This document shows, piece after piece, positions 26,201 through 40,400 of a stretch of DNA of 64,000 nucleotides. The stretch covers positions 7,378,001 to 7,442,000 of the forward strand of contig JBHGNT010000016.1 of NCBI GenBank assembly GCA_043228905.1, given 5' to 3'. The position numbers were made by a program, and so were the translations under genes. The notes beneath the pieces are model-generated. The model saw only the letters and a list, made by a program, of their open reading frames with translations, was not told the DNA's origin and did no database searches. The stretch is from Azolla caroliniana (taxonomy: Eukaryota; Plantae; Polypodiophyta). Within the stretch, counting starts at the first letter, position 1; the number at the start of each line of letters is the position of its first letter.

Positions 26201-27567
26201 GATCTACTACAACAACCTCAATAGCATCCAACCAACGAAGAACCTTATCTTCCATGCCTAGAAAAAGAACACAGAGGTGAACTAGCATTTCTTCTGCGAG
26301 CAAGTACTTTCCAACGAAGTGGAACTCCTGCACATTCCAACGGATCAACAAGTTGTCGACATCTTCACCAAACCTCTTGGCTTCGACAAGTTGCGCCATT
26401 TTTCAAGCATGCTTGGCTTACAACACCTCGACATGCACAACTTGAGGGGGAGGAGTGAAGTTGTTAGGAGGATTGATGTCCATGCTAGAATCCAGAAATC
26501 CAAACCGATGGTCTAATTGGATTTCCATTCCGATTTCGGGACAACTGAAGAAGTCGGAACGTCCAGATCGGCTGAAGAAACCGACATGTCGAACATGTGG
26601 ATAGGTGGAAGAAAATCAGCCAAGTGGAGACTGCCAAAAGCGGGGGGAGCAAACAAAAGAATGGGCCAAAGCTAGAGTCGACCAAACAAGGGGGAGGACG
26701 AGCCAACCAACTAAAGGCTAGGACCAAGACATGGGCAAATATGGTCAAGGGCTAGAAAGAAGACGAATTGGAGATAATAGATTGGAACGAGAGCGGGAAC
26801 AAATTGGAGACATCCGATTCCGTCGAAAGGCATGTTTCAGGCGAGTTGAAGTGTAGGAAGGCCAAGCAGATGAGAAGGTAGTTGAAGCAGACACCAATAT
26901 GGAGGAGCCAACTAGTCGAGGGACATCAATGTTGCGACAATTAGGATGCTGACAACGGCCTAAAATGTAGACAAGCCAACCATAGGGGGTCGAGGTGCGC
27001 GGGACTAGATGGGTCAAGAAGTGTAGGATTGGAGGAGTCATAAGACACGGGACTGGACTGGACGAGGAGCGCGAGCTAGGCGTGAAGATGCTAGGAGAAG
27101 CCGGAGCCTAGAACCGGTTGGAGCTGACACATCAGGACCTCAAGTTGAGCTTGAAGGGGAGAGTTGAGTGACAAGCTCAACATGGGCCGAATCGGTTGAT
27201 GAAGTTGAGAGCCAGATCGAACAAAGGCTGGTCGGGTAGGCTCGAATCGGCTAAAAAGCCGAAAGACAATTTGGCTAGTTAAGTCGAATGGAATCCGATA
27301 CGTCGGTTAGATAGCCTATATGCCTATTTTAGTGAGTAGGCCTATTATAGGCAAATTAGTGTCAGGCTCATTCATGAGCATTAAAGTCGGGCTTGTATAA
27401 AAAGTGCTTTGTGAGCACATTGTATGTATAGAGAATATTTTCCAATAGAAGTTTTGTTGTCTGCTCTATCTCTATCTCTCTCATCTCATCTTTGTGTACT
27501 TTGTGTCTCTGGATAATCGACTTTGTACTTTGTGTCTAGCACACTTCTTCCGCACACATATTTTACA
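23200..27567 (+). mobile_element. 5'-truncated, heavily mutated Ty1/copia with 3' LTR
   Basis: Protease (WSVDSRASNHM), integrase, RT and RNase H (DIFTKPLG) remnants; PPT at about 27150-27161; LTR about 27162-27567 ending TTTTACA. Related to the 59495+ element. Confidence 0.87.
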
Positions 27568-27569
27568 CA

Positions 27570-28485
27570 GAGTTACATAGATTTCATGCGACCATTTGGC
27601 TACTCCCAAAAGGTTAGGTGGTGCAGCAATATTGGATTTGGAAATGCATTTGATGGCTTCTAGATTTGCATTATTATGAGATATATGTCATCAAGATCAA
27701 CTATGGATATTTGTGATGCAATATTTTATTGAGCATGAACGATTTGTGCATGGGAAATCAAAGATTCAAGCATCCTGGCGTTCATTACTCAATGGAAGTA
27801 TTCCTCTAAAGATTTGATATTCTGTATCTGGACAACAATTAGCAAGATCATGGAAAGATGCATTATATCTTTTTGAGTGGGACCATCAAGTGATCGAAAA
27901 TCTTGTAATTCATTACAAAACTAATTGCTTGTTTCTTCTCAAGAGTTGTTTGGGAATAAGAAAAAGAAGTTGAGATCTCAATTCAATCGTTTATTTTTAT
28001 TGGGGGTTGTACATTTCAAATATGTGGTTGATAATGAATCACAAAGGTTGTCAGAATTTGACGATGTCAAGCGATGATTATGCATTCCCCCAAATTATGG
28101 ATTTATTTGGGAGAAACTACAAGATATGCCATTGTTGCAAGGATCATTGCTAGTGAAAACAAATGTTGCACATTGGGTGGATTGGCGGTTACAAGATGGT
28201 ACACGCTTGTTACAAGACACTACAAATATATTGTATCATCATGCAATGAAATCATTATCTTGACTATCTTCTCCAGCAAAAAAGTTGTCAAATGTATGTA
28301 AGTTGGATACAAGGTGGTGGAAAATATTAGAACGTGGTTAGCATTTTCATCTACCATTTCGCACAAAGATATTCATATGGAGAGTCATGATTGGTGGGCT
28401 CCTGTTATGTTCGGCCTTAAAAAGACGAGGACTAGGGTCCGACACTTGTTTCTTTTGCACCGTTCCATTGGATGATAGTACACGT
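27570..28485 (+). pseudogene. L1-clade LINE ORF2 C-terminal remnant (continues at 35585-35664 and 56085-56212)
   Basis: PKRLGGAAILDL motif; zf-RVT-like LKRRGLGSDTCFFCTVPLDDST|RRFIKC reads through once the gypsy is removed. Confidence 0.72.
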
Positions 28486-29227
28486 TGCCGTGCCTTTCGG
28501 CGCCGGATCATTGCGTGAGTCGGGTGGAAACCGCTGGGGTTTTGGTCTAGGAGGAGGAAGAATTTGAGACGAGTTTAGTTATGAATATGAATAGATTATA
28601 AGAAAGAGAGATAAGAAACTCGTGAATCCCACGAGTAAAGTGTATTAATTAATGTTTTAGGGAAGAATATGAATTTAAATTGCAAGAGAGAAATAGATGG
28701 CAAATTTGTGAATCCCACGAATATAATATATTAATCAACCCTTCAAAAAAATTTCAACAACCATATACATCTTTCTCTCTTCCTTATATAGTGATGGAAG
28801 AGGCTAAACACAGCATAATGCTTTTCTAAAGTGTTCATGCACACTAGATGTCCCTCAATAGCTTTTTCTACCATGCTTTTAATTTCTAAATATAGTGCTC
28901 ATGCACTCTAGACATGCATGATTAACTTTTTCTTTGTTTGCGTTTTTCTTCTAAATAAAGTTTTTACGCACTCTTAAATGTGCATGGGTTGTTTTTTTTA
29001 TAAAAATAGGCGTAAATATAAGTCTTATACCTATTAAATCTATATTTAGATCACTTATGATACGTTAGTACAATGGTAAGGTTTGGGGATTGTTTACATG
29101 GAGTTACAAGGTTTGAATCTTGCCCTATGCATGTAATATATATTTTTATATTTTCTTCTATTTCTTCCTATTTATTTAATCTAGTACTATATATTGTTTT
29201 CATGTAGTGTAGAAATACACTACGACA
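28486..29227 (-). repeat. 3' LTR of the Trp-primed gypsy
   Basis: TG..CA ends; direct repeat of 34844-35584. Confidence 0.93.
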
Positions 29228-29308
29228 CTCACCCCACCTGAACCCGCACATCCTCCGGTATGTGCCGAAGTTGTTGGAGCTCGTTATTCTCCCTTATTCG
29301 TAGTACTC

Positions 29309-32300
29309 TCATTTTCTCCCCTTATGTCGATTATCAATTCTAGCCCACTCTTCGTTTTCCGCACCACCATGATCTTTGTCTGATTGCTCCTCGTTGACAG
29401 TCTTATCTAAGGTCACATAGGGTTCATCGTTAGTTCGCTTCTTGAAAATCTTCACCCGTTTCCCCGCTATAGGCACTCGTAGTACCGTTCCATCAAACTT
29501 ACTTAGTTGGAAGGTTCCATTGTGAAAAACTTTCCGAACTTCGTATGGTTCGAGCCACCTTTTTGCGAATTTCCAGATCGTTGTGTCTTGATGATCCAAA
29601 CTACTGTCATAGACTATCACCCAATCTCCTTCTTCAATCTTTCGTGGTCGTAAACGGTGCTTTGTGTCGAATCGACTTTTGTTCCGGAACCGTGCTTCTT
29701 GTTGTCGGCATATTGCTTCCGTTATATCGTCGGGTCTTCTCTCTAGTTGTCGTATCCGAACCACTAGTAGTTCTTCCCGGCTCATCTCTTCCTTCCACGG
29801 CAACATTGTCCATGTCACAGTTGCAGTTTCCGTCGGCATTACCGGTGCTTGGCCGGTCATAAGTTCTGATGGCATATAACCAATCACGGTACTATGCGTT
29901 GTGCGATCTGCCCATAGTGCATACGGAAGCATCAGCAGCCAATTCTTCACCCTTCTGTCGCATGCTTTTACAAGTGCTTTAACAATTGGACTATGTCCTC
30001 ATTTGATCTTCCCGTTGGCTTCCGGATTGTATATCGTGGTTAGTGTTAACCGTACTCCATGTTTGGCGAAGAATTCCCTAGCTTTATCAAAGTCAAGTTC
30101 TCCCCAATCCGCAATCACTTGTCCTATGCATCCATACGTGCAGAACACTTCTTCCAAGAGAAATTGACATACTGCAAAACATTTTTTCCTCCATAGCGCC
30201 CAACTTTCTACTTGGTTCGTTGGATCTTCCCAAGCTAATACCAAGTACTTCTTTTGTCCAGTCCCGGTTGGCATGGCCACAATGTTGACCATCCATTTGA
30301 AGTTGATTGTCGGGGAGAATGTCGGATGTAATTCATCTCGGATGAACTCTGGAGTAGATTTGGCATTTCTCGCAGCTTCCCGTGAACTCCGCTACATCTT
30401 TGTACATATTCTTCTACCAATATTTTTGCTTGATCTTCGCAAATCATGCCCATGTTCCACGATGTCCAGCCCAATCGGATTCGTGAAATTCGGATATTAT
30501 TCAATTTCGTTGCTCTTTTGTTTCGACTACCCATAGTGGTATGCCATCCGGTCTTTTCGGCTCCCACCAGATTAATCCATTGTTCAAGAAGAACTTCCGG
30601 ACATGCCACTTCTTACTTCGGATCTCGGCTCTCTTTTCCATATTGTCCGATGATTCCCCAATTTCTTGTAGCAACTTCCCGATCATCAGGCTTTCTCCCT
30701 CATATTCGGCTTCCCAAAATTCTCGGATTACGTTCACCTGGCATATGTGCTCTAAAGTAAAGTAGTTTTCAAAAACTTCTTCATTATCGGATTTGGCTAT
30801 GTCATCTCCGAACCGTGCCCTTGATAGCATATCCGCTACTGCGTTGTCTTTTCCGGAGATATGTCGTACCTCTGGATTAAGCGACTTTACATATGCAATC
30901 CATCCTAGCATAGCCATATCCGGTATCGTAAAACACCGCATCATCCCGAGTATCGGAAGACAATCCGTTTCAATCACTACTTCGGCTCCGATCAAATAAT
31001 CTCGATCTGATTTTATCGCCGACACGACTCCCCATAATTCTCTCTTAACTTGTGCATATCCGCGTTGTCTTTCGTTGAGAACCTTTGCTCCAAATCGGAT
31101 TGGATATCGTGAACCATCCGAGTTGACTTGGTTGACAACCCATCCGATCCTGATTGGACTTGTATCAACCATCACTATAATCGGTCGGTCATAGTTTGGC
31201 TTCTTAAGTGCTTCTGACCTCCGTAGTGTTTTCTTGAGCTTCTTCATGGCTTTGGTATGTTCCGGCCTCCATTCGAACTTCTTACCCTTCCACAGCAAGT
31301 GATAGAGTGGGTCCGCAATGTGTGCATAGTGCGGAATCTATATGTGATAAAATGCACATGCACCAAGAAATCTACGGACTTCGGACTGTGACTCGCATAT
31401 TTCTTTCATAGCTTGAATCGCATCAATCTTGATTGGCGACAGTCTTCGGCTGTAGGGCCCACATAGATATCCGACTACCAATATCTCATCTTGTCTGAAT
31501 GCTGATTTCTCTCCGGAGAGTGTTAGGTGCACATCTTCTAACTTCCGTAGCATTTTCTCGCAATCGCGAATATGGTCAACTACGAAATTTCGGCATCCTC
31601 GATCATCCATAGTCTCATCTTTTTCTTCCACTGCACATCCTTTCATCAGAATGGCATCTAGGAACGGCATTGTTATCTCCGGAATTCAATCTCCGAGAAC
31701 CTTGTTCATCGCATTCATCATATGTGCGACCGAGTTTGTTGCTCCTTGTGGTAGCGTGCACATCCGAACTAATCCTATCGGTGTTCACATTGTAGTAATA
31801 TCTCAGCTCTCCAAAGCTAGTTGGAATTGGTCATACCCGGAGTATAGGTCTCCGATGGAGTATATCGTGCATCTAGCAAACGCTTCCGCAAATTCTTCCA
31901 CTATCAGACCGACTCCAGAGTTCCGGATCATGGCCTTGTTCACCGGTTGCAAATCTTGAATGAATCGGAGTGACCCATTCTTCTTTGGAACCGTAAACCA
32001 TCAATTTGAGTATGGAGCATTTAATGGCTCTAGAATCCCCATCGCCACCTTTTCTTTGAGCAATTCAATGATTTTTAGAATATGTGCCCGTGGCACTGGA
32101 ATTGGCTTCAAGATCCACGGCACATGATCAATCGTGAAGATCACCATCGGCTCCACAATCTTTGGATCAACATACCCTATCTCTTTTGGTGTGAATGCGA
32201 ATGCTTTTCCATGTTGCTCCAACATCTCACGGAATCGTTCTTCTTCATTCTTTAAAAGGAACCCACCTCCACCAATCCGAAGTTTCTTCCGAGTCTCATT

Positions 32301-34819
32301 GGTGAAGGCATGTCCGATATCCACGGACTTCCGAAGTGTCGGATCTCTCGAGACTTCTTTCCTCTTTTGTTCGCTATTGGCAGGTAGCGATCCCGCAGAC
32401 GGTTTCAACTTCTTTCCCACGGTCTTATATTTTGTAGATACCATTGCTTCTTCTTTGCGGAGCGCATTCGGTCCCATTTTCGCAATGATATCGTACATCT
32501 CGATCGATTCCACTGGGACTACCCAGTCTCCCTAGCTATTCTCTTCCGCAAGTGCTTCAATCCATTGTAGCATGCTCCCATAGAACACTTCTTCGACTAC
32601 TCCCACGATCTCTTCGTCTTCATTTATGATTGATGCAAACTGTAACTCATCTTGCACCTTTTGGAATTCTTTCTTCATTACTCCGGTTACGGCCGTGTAT
32701 GTAGATGCCCCATCCGGACCGATTCGTACTTGTTTTGCTCCAAGTGTTTTGTTCCTGTGTGGGGTATTAGGGCTTCTTAGACTATCACTTCCCCACTCTG
32801 CAACAGTCCGCTTTAAAAATCCATTTTTGTTTGGGACAAGACCTCTCTCTTGTTCCTTTCGTGATTCGATGGCACAGTTAGGAATTGGATGGTTTTCCCT
32901 CCTCTTTGGCTCCGAATTCCTGCAAAAGTTGCTCCGCTATCGAGCACCTTTGTCTCCATCCATGAAGTCGTGATAAAGGGTTGCCCAAGGATCACGGAAT
33001 GTGAGACCTCATCTTGCACGAAGAAATTTTGGTCAATCTCCACATCTCCAATCTTCACCATCACATCCAGACAAGCCGCAAATAGATCTTTCGTGGCTTT
33101 TGTGGCTACCCGGATCTTCCATCCATGGCTGGTGTTTATAGGCCACTTCCCCTTCTGGTAGAACTCATTGGACATCAAATTGATCTCTGACCCGTGATCA
33201 ATCAATGCTAGTGCGGGCTCTTTGATGTTTCCAATTCGGACCGGACTCTCCGTAGTTGCACGTGCCCAGTGTGGCCTTGTGTAGTAGGAGCTCGGAATTT
33301 CATCCTCCACTTCCGTGTCGTTCATTAGAACGGTATTCGAATTCACCCTTGGAGAATTTTCCTCTATAGTTTGTCGCTTTCTTTTTACGAGATCCATAAG
33401 AAGATCACGGAACTCCTTCTTCGCTATTCTGAGTAATTCCCAGAGAGAAAATTCCACCCAACTATCAAGGATTTTCTCTTGGAACACCTTCTTTACATCT
33501 GTCCGTTGTTCGATGTCCAAAACAAGTTTGAATGCCAGAATTGTTTTTCCTTTCCCCTTCCCTTTGGAGTTCCAGCTCTCTGGTCTCTTTGATGGCCCAA
33601 CCGCATCATCCATGTGCCGTCGTTTCTCATCTACATACACCTCATGCAATTGACATAACGCATGTATGCTATTCTTATCTACGGGCTACTCCCATCCCGT
33701 AGCTTCCCGGATGCCTTCTGCAGTGCTCTGGATTTCATCAAAGTCGGCTTCCTCCAAAATTTCTAGCACTTCCGGCCAAAAAGATGGCTTTGCTCCAAAT
33801 GACTCCCCCACACGTATTCCCTTGGTTGTCGCATAATTGCTTTTCGCCACTATCTCTTCCTCTACGACCTTCTTCATGCCGCCTTTAAGGAAGTTTGGCC
33901 TGAATGGCTTCTGAGAGTCCATCGAATGAATCGGATTTCCCTCGTAGCAGATAAGATCCCGTCGTAGCGCCTCCTTGTGCTTATCGCAATCCTTCCGATC
34001 ATGTTCAGTGCTATCTCACCATATGCACCGATGGTCCATATACTTGGAACTTGCGGGACGGTCTTCCGATTTCTTCACCACTGCGATTTTCAGATTCTCC
34101 ATCTCCTTTAGCAACTGCTCCACCGTGGTTGCATCGATTCCCTTCTCGGTCGTAGTCTCCCGAGCCCATGGTTGATGGTCTTCCAATCCGGATCTTGGTT
34201 TCGGAATCAGTTCTCAAACCCTTTTCATTACCAAGCCATTGCCCCCTTTTGTCCATGTATTGGTGAGGCCACTCTCAATAGTCGTGTCCTCTAGAAGCAC
34301 TCCAAGGTCTTTCCGGTCACAAACGTCCACAGCTCGTAAGAACATGATCACTTTGTACGGGGCGACGATAGCTTGATCTCTCATGGACAACCTCCCGAAT
34401 CGACTTTCGAATGCCGAAAACACATCGAGGACCTTCAACCCCTTGTCCAACGTTTCCACCCAATCTTCGAATCCCCTCCGTGTTGCCTTGCAAGAGTCTT
34501 TGATAGCGAACGTGGTCTTCACCGCTTCTTTAAACGCTTCTTCGATAGCGAACATCGGATTTTTTGTCGTAACCCGTGAATACACCCTTGAAGATCGTCC
34601 GTAGCCACCCGATTGAAGGATCTCACTTGCAATCCTTTCGATATTCCACACCGTAGCATCTCTACCTTTTAGTCGCGCAAATAATGTGACACATCCTTCC
34701 CGTTGAATTGCCCGTTCCGTTACATGAGCTGCTCTGCCGTCGCCGCAATCTTCGACATCGCTAGCATCCGCTCGAACATTGTTAGCCTCTTGTTGATTTT
34801 CCATCTCCTTGCCACCCAT
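29309..34819 (-). pseudogene. Gypsy gag-pol, fragmented
   Basis: ORFs 34214..34819 (gag), 32813..33649 (protease), 32001..32513 and 31338..31670 (RT), 30501..31298 (RNase H, ETDC..NAVADMLSR), 29999..30292 and 29309..29950 (integrase). Confidence 0.9.
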
Positions 34820-34843
34820 GTTTCACGTCGGGTTCACCATTTG

Positions 34844-35584
34844 TGTCGTGGCTTTCGGCGCCGGATCGTTGCGTGAGTCGGTTGGGAACCGTTGGGGTTT
34901 TGGTCAAGGAGGAGGAAGAATTTGAGACGAGTTTAGTTATAAATATGAATAGATTATAAGAAAGAGAGATAAGAAACTCGTGATCCCACGAGTAAAGTGT
35001 ATTAATTAATGTTTTTGGAAGGAATATGAATTTAGATAACAAGAGAGAAATAAATGGCAAATTCGTGAATCCCACGAATATAATATATTAATCAACCCTT
35101 AAAAAAAAAATCAACCACCATATACATCTTTCTCTCTTCCCTATATAGCGATGGAAGAGGCTAACCATAGCATAATGCTTTCCTAAAGTGTTCATGCACA
35201 CTAGATGTCCCTCAATAGCTTCTTCTACCATGCTTTTAATTTCTAAGTATAGTGCTCATGCACTCTAGACGTGAATGAGTAACTTTTTCTTTGTTTGCAT
35301 TTTTCTTCTAAATAAAGTTTTTACGCACTCTAAATGTGCATGGGTTGGTTTTTTATAAAAATAGGCGTAAATATAAGTCTTATACCTATTAAATCTATAT
35401 TTAGATCACTTATGATATGTTAGTACAATGGTGAGGTTTGGGGATTGTTTACATGGAGTTACAAGGTTTGAATCTTGCTCTATGCATATAGTATATATTT
35501 TTATATTTTTCTTCTATTTCTTCATATTTATTTAATCTAGTACTATATACGGTTTTCACATAGTGTACAATATACACTACGACA
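34844..35584 (-). repeat. 5' LTR of the Trp-primed gypsy
   Basis: TG..CA ends; adjacent to the PBS at about 34822-34839. Confidence 0.93.
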
Positions 35585-35664
35585 ATGTAGGTTCATTAAA
35601 TGTCTGATAGAGTGTACCATATGTAACTTCGATAGAAGGTGGTGGACAATATTAGAACGTGGTT

Positions 35665-35689
35665 GCGTGAAAGCATGAGAGTGGAAACA
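35665..35689 (+). repeat. Left TIR of element A
   Basis: GCGTGAAAGCATGAGAGTGGAAACA. Confidence 0.92.
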
Positions 35690-36099
35690 ATTAACTATGT
35701 CCTTGACATAGCTAATTAGCTATGCAAAAAGCTACCATTGATAACTAGTCATTTTAGCAAAAAGCCATCATTAATAAATTAACTATGCAAAAAACTACCA
35801 TTGAAAATACTAGAGTGTTTTAATTACATATGTAAATGAGCACCATAAATGTGCAACATAAACATGCAACATAAATTGATATGTGCACCATAAATGTGTA
35901 CCATAAATTATATATCGAATTCCTAGGTCCATTATGCATGATCCTTTGCCACATCACGTAGGCCATCTCTAGTTGAGTATTGTGGGTTAGTTGCTACCAC
36001 TGTTGCTAAACCCTATCGAGTCCACCTGCCGCCACTCTACACTCAGGGGCCGCTACTGTGAAGGTCGTGTATTGCTGCCACTTTTCGACCCGACGGCAT

Positions 36100-37325
36100 T
36101 AACAACTCCACTGCCGCAATTCTACTCTCAGTTGCCTTTTCTGTGCATTCCAAGCACCATCGATAACTGTTCAATCTGACGGGGTTCTCTCCTCCATTGC
36201 CATCATTCTACACTCAGTTGCCGCTACTGTCCAGTCCTGGATTGCTTCCACATTTCGATTTGACGGAGTTCACTCATCCAATGGCAACATTCTACACTCA
36301 GTTGTCGCCATTAGTTGGTCCAAGATCACCTCCTCAACTATTCGATCCAACGGAGTTAATTCCTGAATTGTTCGGTCTTGGCTTGCAATAACTTTTCTGT
36401 CTATTGATTATCTTGTGCCGCCATTCTACTCTCAGTTGCCTTTTCTGTGCATTCCAAGCACCATCGGTAACTGTTCAATCTGACGGGGTTCTCTCCTCCA
36501 TTGCCATCATTCTACACTCAGTTGCCGCTACTGTCCAGTCCTGGATTGCTTCCACATTTCGATTTGACGGAGTTCACTCATCCAACGGCAACATTCTACA
36601 CTCAGTTGTCGCCATTAGTTGGTCCTGGATCACCTCCTCAACTATTCGATCCAACGGAGTTAATTCCTGAATTGTTCGGTCTTGGCTTGCAATAACTTTT
36701 CTGTCTATTGATTATCTTGTGCCGCCATTCTACTCTCAGTTGCCTTTTCTATGCGTTCCAAGCATCATCGATAACTATTCAATCTGACGGGGTTCTCTCC
36801 TCCATTGCCATCATTCTACACTCAGTTACCGCTATTGTCCAGTCCTGGATTGCTTCCACATTTCGATTTGACAGAGTTCACTCATCCAACGACAACATTC
36901 TACACTCAGTTGTTGCCATTGGTCAGTCTTGGATCGCCTCCTCAACTGTTCGATCCAATGGAGTGAACTCCTCAACTGTTCGGTCTTGGATTGCAATAAC
37001 TTTTCTGTCTATTGATTATCTTGTGCCACCATTCTACTCTTAGTTGCCTTTTCTGTGCGTTCCAAGCATCATCGGTAACTGTTCAATCTGACGGGGTTCT
37101 CTCCTCCATTGCCATCATTCTACACTCAATTGCCGCTATTGTCCAGTCCTAGATTGCTTCCACATTTCGATTTGACGGAGTTCACTCATCCAACGGCAAC
37201 ATTCCACACTCAGTTGTCGCCATTGGTCAGTGCTGGATCGCCTCCTCAACTGTTCAATCCAACGGAGTGAACTCCTCAACTGTTCGGTCTTGGATTGCAA
37301 TAACTTTTCTGTCTATTGATTATCT
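36100..37325. repeat. 304-305-bp higher-order tandem repeat x4
   Basis: Near-identical spurious ORFs at 36197/36501 and 36404/36708; unit starts at about 36117, 36421, 36726 and 37030. Confidence 0.95.
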
Positions 37326-37435
37326 TGTGTATTGTTGTGTCTAATCTTGTGTATTGTGGAATATTTTTGTGTATTGTTGTTGCCCATAGCCATCTTAAAT
37401 ACTTGTTTTTTTTTCTGGAAATTTAGGGTTTTAAT

Positions 37436-40400
37436 ATGTCCAGCCAAATGGAAGGGGAAGAAGGGTGTTTAGAATTACCCCTCAATGATCATAAGGATAG
37501 GGATGATGCTATCAGGACACAACAAGCCATACGAAACTATTGGGCAGAAAAAAAAGAAGGAAACATCGTCAATTGTTGAAGGATATGAAAGCCACACTAA
37601 GTAAAGGTAAGGATAGTTTAGTTGAGAATGTAAGTAATGCGACTACCATCATAGAGAGAAAGGTTGTAGACTATTTCAATGTTCAAACCAAGCACATCAG
37701 CAATGAAGAAAAGAAGGTAGTACTTTATGGAATATTAAATGATCCATCGATAAAGGACTTAGTTGATTGTGATGGTCTTAATGCAAACATATCATCTATT
37801 TTAGTAAATAATCTTCGTAATAGTTTCGTATCCATGAGCAGGTCAGATGATCTTGTCTTAAAAAGGTCTAGTCTAATGATATTACTTAATAGTGATGTTA
37901 AGGATATAAACATCAGTGAGCTATCTAAGGTAATTGGTGTTAGTAGAAAAATAGTGTACAATACATTGAAGTGTATAATTTCCTCAGGTGAAGGAACTAG
38001 TCTACTAAAGGTAACTACAAGATGTAAGCCAATGACACCCATAACATCAAAAATCAAGGATGTAATCACAATGTTTTGGACTAATGAGAGTAGGGTTTCA
38101 CCCAATAAAAAGGCTTTATGTAGGAAACGTGTTGGAAGAAATCAATACGAGGAGCATCCCATTCATCTTCTTGATGTACCTCAGGTATTTACATTTATCT
38201 CAACGTTTGTTTTGACTGTACAAAGAAAGTTAATTAGCTCAGTTAGCAGAAAAGCTAATTAGCTTATCAGTTACATTTACCTCAGTTAGCTATTAGGATA
38301 GCTACTACATAGGTAACTGGCTACTCTCAATAGCTACTACCATGATAGCTAATTAGCTATTCTCAATAGCTAATTTAGTTACTACCAGATAATTAGCTAC
38401 CACAATAGCTAACTAGCTACCATGATAGCTAATTAGCTATTCTCAATAGCTAATTTAGTTATTACCAGATAATTAGCTACTAGAATAGCTAATTAGCTTT
38501 TAGGATAGCGAATTAGCTATTAGAATAGGGTTTTAGCTACCATGATAGCTAAATAGCTACTAGAATAGCTAATTAGAATAGCTAATTAGCTAATTAGCTA
38601 TTAGAATAGGGAATTAGCTATTTAGTTATTAGAATAGGTAATTAGCTACCATGATAGCTAATTAGCTACTATGATAGTTAGCTACTCTAGTTATTACCAG
38701 CTAATTCGCTATCCTAAAAACTAATTAGCTACCATGATAGCTAATTAGCTACTAGGACAATTAATTAGCTACCATGATAGCTAATTAGCTACTAGGACAA
38801 CTAATTAGCCACCATGATAGCTAATTAGCTACTAGACTAGCTAATTAGCTACCATGATAGCTAATTAGCTACAAGGACAACTAATTAGCTACCATGATAG
38901 CTAATAAGCTACTAGAATAGCTAATTAGCTACTAGAACAACGAATTAGCTACTAGGATAGTTAGCTAGTTACGAGAATAACTAATTCGTGGGAGCATCCC
39001 ATTCATCTTCTTGATGTACCTCAGGTATTTACATTTATCTCAACGTTTGTTTTGACTGTACACAGAAAGTTAATTAGCTCAGTTAGCAGAAAAGCTAATT
39101 AGCTTATCAGTTACGTTTACCTTAGTTAGCTAATAGGATAGCTACTACATAGGTAACTGGCTACTCTCAATAGCTACTACCATGATAGCTATTTAGCTAT
39201 TCTCAATAGCTAATGTAGTTACTACCAGATAATTAGCTACCACAATAGCTAACTAGCTACCATGATAGCTAATTAGCTATTCTCAATAGCTAATTTAGTT
39301 ATTACCAGATAATTAGCTACTAAAATAGCTAATTGGCTTTTAGGATAACGAATTAGCTATTAGAATAGGGTTTTAGCTACCATGATAGCTAATATAGCTA
39401 CTCGAATAGCTAATTAGAATAGCTAATTAGCTAATTAGCTATTAGAATAGGTAATTAGCTATTTAGTTATTAGAATAGGTAATTAGCTACCATGATAGCT
39501 AATTAGCTACTATGATAGTTAGCTACTCTAGTTATTACCAGCTAATTCGCTATCCTAAAAGCTAATTAGCTACCATGATAGCCACTTAGCTACTAGGAAA
39601 ATTAATTAGCTACCATGATAGCTAATTAGCTACTAGGACAACTAATTAGCAACCATGATAGCTAATTAGCTACTAGACTTGGTAATTAGCTACTAGAACA
39701 ACGGATTAGCTACTAGGATAGTTAGCTAGTTACGAGAATAACTAATTCGTGGGAGCATCCCATTCATCTTCTTGATGTACCTCAGGTATTTACATTTATC
39801 TCAACGTTTGTTTTGATTGTACAAAGAAAGTTAATTAGCTCAGTTAGCAGAAAAGCTAATTAGCTTATCAGTTACATTTACCTCAGTTAGCTACTAGGAT
39901 AGCTACCACATAGGTAACTGGCTACTCTCAATAGCTACTACCATGATAGCTAATTTGCTATTCTCAACAGCTAATTTAGTTACTACCAGATAATTAGCTA
40001 CCACAATAGTTAACTAGCTACCATGATAGCTAATTAGCTATTCTCAATAGCTAATTTAGTTATTACCAGATAATTAGCTACTAGAATAGCTAATTGGCTT
40101 TTAGGATAGCGAATTAGCTATTAGAATAGGGTTTTAGCTACCATGATAGCTAAATAGCTACTAGAATAGCTAATTAGAATAGCTAATTAGCTAATTAGCT
40201 ATTAGAATAGGTAATTAGCTATTTGGTTATTAGAATAGGTAATTTGCTACCATGATAGCCAATTATCTACTATGATAGTTAGCTACTCTAGTTAGTACCA
40301 GCTAATTCGCTATCCTAAAAGCTAATTAGCTACCATGATAGCTAATTAGCTACTAGGACAATTAATTAGCTACCATGATAGCTAATTAGCTACTAGGACT

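Larger units (their letters stand above)
28486..35584 (-). mobile_element. Full-length degenerate Ty3/gypsy without chromodomain, tRNA-Trp primed
   Basis: LTRs 28486-29227 and 34844-35584; probable 4-bp TSD ACGT/ATGT; PBS TGGTGAACCCGACGTGAA; PPT GGGGTGAG; gag, PR (DHGS), RT, RH, INT order with many stops. Confidence 0.93.

Noticed and set aside
34822-34839. tRNA-Trp-like sequence (also 59402-59419)
   Set aside because: Only the 3'-terminal ~18 nt including CCA, next to an LTR, so a primer-binding site and not a tRNA gene.
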